From: a virus
Virus record (IMG/VR): IMGVR_UViG_3300037471_000902
Location: 47,858-111,857 of that record
Strand: one strand, 5' to 3'
DNA: 64,000 nucleotides
Numbering within the stretch: the first letter of the stretch is position 1; the number at the start of each line of letters is the position of its first letter. This document shows, in pieces, positions 60,010 to 64,000 of the stretch. The position numbers and the translations under genes were made by a program. Under the pieces are notes generated by a model. That model worked only from the letters and a program-made list of their open reading frames with translations. It was not told where the DNA came from and did not search any database.

Positions 60010-60334
60010 CATCGCGTAGATCACCCATGAATCGTTTGCTTCGTTCGTTCTTTGAAATACAGCGTGATCTAAAGTGTTCTTCGTCTGTCCAATTCTCCGC
60101 AGACAAATTTGTGTGACCCATGAGAAGAACCTTAAAATAGACCATACCATTCTCAACTCTAGTGATTTGAACTTCACCATCATTCAGCCACTCATTCCCA
60201 TCCCCAGGCTTATCGATGACTTTAGTTACTTCTTTTCCAGCTTTATTCAGAGTGATGGCATAAAGTGGTTTCTCGACATACCAGATATCACCAGGTACAA
60301 GTTCTGATTCGAGAAGAGTTTGTAGCAATTTCAT
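60002..60334 (-). CDS. Small CTS-like protein (MKLLQTLLE) ending in FMGDLRDDE
   Basis: GGAG RBS; minus-strand TAAATA at 60353-60358. Confidence 0.65.
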   Translation of the reverse strand: MKLLQTLLESELVPGDIWYVEKPLYAITLNKAGKEVTKVIDKPGDGNEWLNDGEVQITRVENGMVYFKVLLMGHTNLSAENWTDEEHFRSRCISKNERSKRFMGDLRDDE

Positions 60335-60388
60335 GAGGATCTCCAGATCAGGTATTTATGGAATCATGTTTTCTAAACCAGGAGGCAG

Positions 60389-60416
60389 TTTAAGGTCAAG
60401 AATTCGGGAATATAAT
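60389..60416 (+). promoter_or_regulatory. Sigma70-like promoter for the gp55-47-46 operon
   Basis: TATAAT at 60411-60416 with a weak -35 (TTTAAG, 16-nt spacer). Confidence 0.45.
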
Positions 60417-60455
60417 AGAAGTATCTCCACGCGTCATACGTCATGGAGAAAAAGT

Positions 60456-61094
60456 TTGGCAGTAAAGGCGAAAGCAAAAGTAAAAAGAGAAAAATCGACT
60501 TCCACGAAAAATCACTATGTCACGAATAGTGTTCTTCTTCCAGAAGTCATTCGCGCAAAGGAACTTGGGTACGTTACTAACGAGCTGGCGGTAATGATTC
60601 GGCTGATCGCCGAGCGTTATTCACGCAGTGGAAGTTACGTAAATTACAGCTTCCGAGAAGACATGGTTGCAGCAGCAACTTTGAACCTGTGCAATAACGC
60701 ACTGAAGTTCGACACTGAAAAGTACAAGAACCCATTCGCGTACTACACCACCGCGATCTATCATTCTTTTCTTCAATTCATTGCTGAAGAGAAGAAGCAC
60801 AGAGAGATCCGCGATAAGCTCCTGATCGACGCAGGTAGCAATCCATCTTTCGCTTATTCTGAAAAGGATGAGCAGTCCATCATTGATTCAGATTTATCGT
60901 TTGAAACAGTTGATGAAGATGAAGTGGAGATGCCTGAGGACCAGGAAGAGAAGGTTGATAAGAACGCTCCCAAGAAGAAGGAAGTAAGGTATCGGTTCCA
61001 AAACCGTGAACCTAGCGAGATGAAGGTGTTTACTGGAACTCAGATGGTCTTCGACGAGACTTTGGGTTATTACGTTCCCAAGAAGGAATCGTGA
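60456..61094 (+). CDS. gp55: Late-transcription sigma factor, T4 gp55-like
   Basis: HYVTN, IAERYS...YVNYSFREDMV, KFD...NPFAYYTTAIYHSFLQFIAEEKKH. TTG start at 60456 after GGAG. Confidence 0.9.
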   Translation: MAVKAKAKVKREKSTSTKNHYVTNSVLLPEVIRAKELGYVTNELAVMIRLIAERYSRSGSYVNYSFREDMVAAATLNLCNNALKFDTEKYKNPFAYYTTAIYHSFLQFIAEEKKHREIRDKLLIDAGSNPSFAYSEKDEQSIIDSDLSFETVDEDEVEMPEDQEEKVDKNAPKKKEVRYRFQNREPSEMKVFTGTQMVFDETLGYYVPKKES

Positions 61095-62125
61095 TGAAGC
61101 TCGCACTGTTCACCGACATTCATTGGGGTTGCAAAAACAACTCCATTCAGCACAATGAGGATTGCACTGAATACATTCAGTGGTTTGTTGAACAGATGAG
61201 GAGAGAAAAATGCACAGCGATTGCCTTTTTGGGGGACTGGTTTGAGAATAGAAATGCCATCAACGTCCAGACTCTAAACTATTCATTTAGAGCGTTGAAG
61301 GCGTTAGATGATCTTGGTTTACCAATTTATTTCTGTGTTGGCAACCATGATCTCTACCATCGTGGCAATCGTGAGAATTTTTCCACATTCCATTTCTCTC
61401 AATTCAAAAATGTCACTCTCGTAAACGATTTCACATTTGTTGACGAGATGCTGTTTGCGCCATTCCTGTTCAAGGACGAGTATCCAAAAATGGCCACTCT
61501 CGTTGCTGAACGAAAGCCAAAGTATGTACTTGGTCATTTTGAGTTCAGGAACTTTGTTGTGACTGGTACTGATAGGCGCATTGAGCATGGACCTGACCAC
61601 ACCCAATTCGCTGGTCCAAAATACATCTTCAGTGGTCACTTTCACAAGCGTCAAGTTCAAGACAACATCGTCTATATTGGCAACACATTCCCTACTAACT
61701 ACGGTGACGCATGGGATGATGAACGTGGCATGTGTATTCTAGATGCAGAATCTGCCAACGTTGAGTTTATCAACTGGGAAGACTGTCCAAAATACAGAAA
61801 GGTGAAGTTGTCAGATGTTCTTAGTGGCGAGATTGATCTGACGACAGTGCAGAAGTGTAGGGTTCGCTGCGTAGTGGACGTTGACATCGCGTACTCTGAT
61901 GCCCAAGCATTGAAGGACGAGATGGTGAAAACACTTGGGCTTCGCGAGTTTAGTCTTGAAGAGAATCTTGCTGAGCGCAAAGACATGATCGCTGGTCAGG
62001 ATGGTGAAATTGAATTTGACTTCGCATCCTTGAACGAGGCAGTGATTTCTATGCTGAAGTCTGGAGTGACTGGCACTGCGACTATTGACCCTGAAAAACT
62101 TGTAGAGATTTATTCAAGCTTATGA
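61094..62125 (+). CDS. gp47: Recombination endonuclease subunit, gp47/Mre11/SbcD-like
   Basis: DIHWG, GDWF, GNHD, GHFE and SGHFH metallophosphoesterase motifs; T4-like synteny. Confidence 0.92.
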   Translation: MKLALFTDIHWGCKNNSIQHNEDCTEYIQWFVEQMRREKCTAIAFLGDWFENRNAINVQTLNYSFRALKALDDLGLPIYFCVGNHDLYHRGNRENFSTFHFSQFKNVTLVNDFTFVDEMLFAPFLFKDEYPKMATLVAERKPKYVLGHFEFRNFVVTGTDRRIEHGPDHTQFAGPKYIFSGHFHKRQVQDNIVYIGNTFPTNYGDAWDDERGMCILDAESANVEFINWEDCPKYRKVKLSDVLSGEIDLTTVQKCRVRCVVDVDIAYSDAQALKDEMVKTLGLREFSLEENLAERKDMIAGQDGEIEFDFASLNEAVISMLKSGVTGTATIDPEKLVEIYSSL

Positions 62126-62352
62126 TTTGCGGTATTACGAAAGACGAAGTTATCTTTGCGTCAAAAGACATGGCATCGGTTGATGCTTTGAGAAAAATTC
62201 TGCAGGACGCAAACATTGGATGGAACACTGGGTTTTCTAGCGACGGAGTTGCAATCTGCTGCAATAGAAAACAACTCCAAAACATTCGCAAGCACATTCA
62301 GCGATGGGATCAAGCAATTGATGTGATCGCGAATGCGCTGGAAACGAGGTAA
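62122..62352 (+). CDS. Small hypothetical protein
   Basis: ATGA overlap with the gp47 stop. Confidence 0.5.
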   Translation: MICGITKDEVIFASKDMASVDALRKILQDANIGWNTGFSSDGVAICCNRKQLQNIRKHIQRWDQAIDVIANALETR

Positions 62353-62356
62353 GAGA

Positions 62357-62803
62357 ATGAGGAAGAAACCTGAGCAAACGCGGCGTATTGCTGTCATGAG
62401 AGTCTATGGGCAGCATTACGACCCATATGGAGATGGCTACAGTAGCGAACAATGTATCGTTCAGCACGTCACAAAATTTGAAGAAATTAGCGAAGCAGAT
62501 TTCTGGGAATTCAAGGACGCGCTTAACTCAATGACAAGACATGGCAGTGAGTATTATTTGATCGTAGAAGACGTCACAAGCCCCGTTCTAATTGCGAATA
62601 CGATCAATGAGTATCGTGAAAAGATTGCGCGCCAAAAGAAGGAACAAGAAAAGGCTGCTGAAAAATTGCGCTTGCATGCTGAAGAGGCAAAGCGCAAGCG
62701 CGAGGAAAAGAAGTTGGCAAAGCTTGTGAAGGATAAGGAAAAATTCAAGAAGATGGCAGCTGAAATGGGGCTGACTGTTGTTGAACCAGAACAGCCTAAG
62801 TAA
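62357..62803 (+). CDS. Hypothetical protein with a charged C-terminal coiled coil
   Basis: GAGGT RBS before ATG 62357; Lys/Glu-rich tail. Confidence 0.55.
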   Translation: MRKKPEQTRRIAVMRVYGQHYDPYGDGYSSEQCIVQHVTKFEEISEADFWEFKDALNSMTRHGSEYYLIVEDVTSPVLIANTINEYREKIARQKKEQEKAAEKLRLHAEEAKRKREEKKLAKLVKDKEKFKKMAAEMGLTVVEPEQPK

Positions 62804-62807
62804 TAGC

Positions 62808-64000
62808 ATGAGCACACCCATTCAGCTTCAATCAATCCAATTGAGGAATTTTTTATCATTTGGGAATAATTTAACAGAGATTGATCTCACCTACTACGGC
62901 TCGACGCTGATTGTTGGTGAGAACGTAGATGCAAATAGCAATAATGGTGCTGGTAAAACAACGATCATCAATGCAATCACGTACGCTCTTTTCAACAAGC
63001 CATTTGACAACATCTCTCTTCAGCGGCTAATCAACAGCACCAATAATTCTAAGAACACGTTGATGGAAGTCCGACTGTTCTTGAAAAAGGGTGATGATGA
63101 GTACGAAATCTACCGATGCCGTGGCGAAACGTTCAACATCCAAATTCTCTGTAATGGAGATGATGTCACGCTTGATAGTGTTTCGGGCAATGACAAGTTC
63201 GTCCAAGAAATCATTGGGATGTCGTACGAGCTGTTCACCAAAATTATTATCTTCTCTGGCAATAGCACTCCCTTCCTAATGCTGCCTGTCTCTCAGCAGC
63301 GCGCGCAGATCGAAGAGCTGTTCAACATCACGCTCCTTACTGAAAAAGCCGTGATTTTGAAAGAAAAGATCAAGCAAACTGAGAATGACATCAACGTTCA
63401 GGAAGCCATCATCAAGCAGCAAGAGAATGCTGTGAAGCTTTATCAAAAGCAGGTGAAGGACGCCGAAGCGCGTGTGGAAAAGTGGGATATTGACCGCACG
63501 AGACAAATCCTGGCGTTGAAAAATGCCGAAGGTAGCGATGAAATCGATTTAGATTTTGAGAAGCAGTTGTACGATCTAGTCTCTGAATTGAATCCTCAAC
63601 TCACCTCACTCAGTAGTGAACTGAAATTGGTGAGAGCTCGTGAGAAGACAGCCATTAGCAACAGGAATAAATTTCACGAAGAGCTGATGCACCTGGTAGA
63701 GGCGAAGTGCCCCTACTGTCTGCAGAAATACGAGGACACTGAGCAGAAGATTAAGGAAGTAAGCGAAGCAGCTGAAACTGCAGAGCGCGATGCTATTATC
63801 GCAGAGATTGATGGTAAAAATCTTGAAGCGCAAGTTGCCGAAATTGATTCTCAAATCAAGGAAGCAAAGAGCCTAATGCTCTTCCAATCCTATGCAGCTG
63901 CTGTTCAGGCTAAGGCTGCGAAGGATGGCGCAGCTCAGAAGATAAGTGAGCTTGAAGCGCAAGAGAATCCACACATTGAGGCTCTTGAAGCTTTGAAGAA
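62808..64000 (+). CDS. gp46: Recombination ATPase subunit, gp46/Rad50/SbcC-like (runs off the window end; absent from the ORF track)
   Basis: Translated by hand: MSTPIQLQSIQLRNFLSFGN...NGAGKTTIINAITYALF (Walker A), coiled coil, zinc hook CPYC near 63710. Confidence 0.92.
   Translation, partial: MSTPIQLQSIQLRNFLSFGNNLTEIDLTYYGSTLIVGENVDANSNNGAGKTTIINAITYALFNKPFDNISLQRLINSTNNSKNTLMEVRLFLKKGDDEYEIYRCRGETFNIQILCNGDDVTLDSVSGNDKFVQEIIGMSYELFTKIIIFSGNSTPFLMLPVSQQRAQIEELFNITLLTEKAVILKEKIKQTENDINVQEAIIKQQENAVKLYQKQVKDAEARVEKWDIDRTRQILALKNAEGSDEIDLDFEKQLYDLVSELNPQLTSLSSELKLVRAREKTAISNRNKFHEELMHLVEAKCPYCLQKYEDTEQKIKEVSEAAETAERDAIIAEIDGKNLEAQVAEIDSQIKEAKSLMLFQSYAAAVQAKAAKDGAAQKISELEAQENPHIEALEALK

Noticed and set aside
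58747-61094. ORF-track starts at 60183, 60333, 31887, 26064, 18497, 17260 and 62333
   Set aside because: They overlap neighbouring genes or promoters. Downstream starts with an RBS or coupling overlap (60009, 60456, 31857, 26010, 18545, 17278, 62357) fit better.
1-64000. tRNA, rRNA or other structured ncRNA genes
   Set aside because: Intergenic gaps are nearly all under about 120 nt and are explained by promoters, hairpins or terminators; no cloverleaf was seen.

Overview
This window is part of a large T4-like (jumbo) myophage genome. The two-component spanin implies a Gram-negative host. It holds: (1) a late tail-fibre cluster of three 1.3-1.7 kaa mosaic fibre proteins plus accessory genes (0.9-17.8 kb); (2) a mixed accessory block with a degenerate 2OG-Fe(II) oxygenase fold and a UDG-fold protein (17.8-22.3 kb); (3) a long minus-strand late region (22.3-60.3 kb) with an Ig/M23/lytic-transglycosylase hydrolase, spanins, LamG and DUF2793 virion proteins, a giant baseplate protein apparently split into three genes, and gp6/gp25/gp5/hub/gp53-like baseplate genes; (4) the start of the gp55-gp47-gp46 operon. 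TAAATA late-promoter boxes precede many late genes. The most notable signal is a dispersed set of about 14 proteins that begin with a T4 internal-protein-like capsid-targeting sequence (e.g. MNTFKQFLAE, MRFKEFLLE). Ten of them also share a short motif, hydrophobic-x-[DNSEG]-L-x-D-[DG]-[DPNE] (e.g. LSDLYDGD, LSNLIDDP, LHDLHDDP), although they are otherwise dissimilar. They are slotted singly between baseplate and lysis genes. Late promoters also often sit inside hairpins that cover the ribosome-binding site. All family assignments come from motif recognition by eye; no searches were run.
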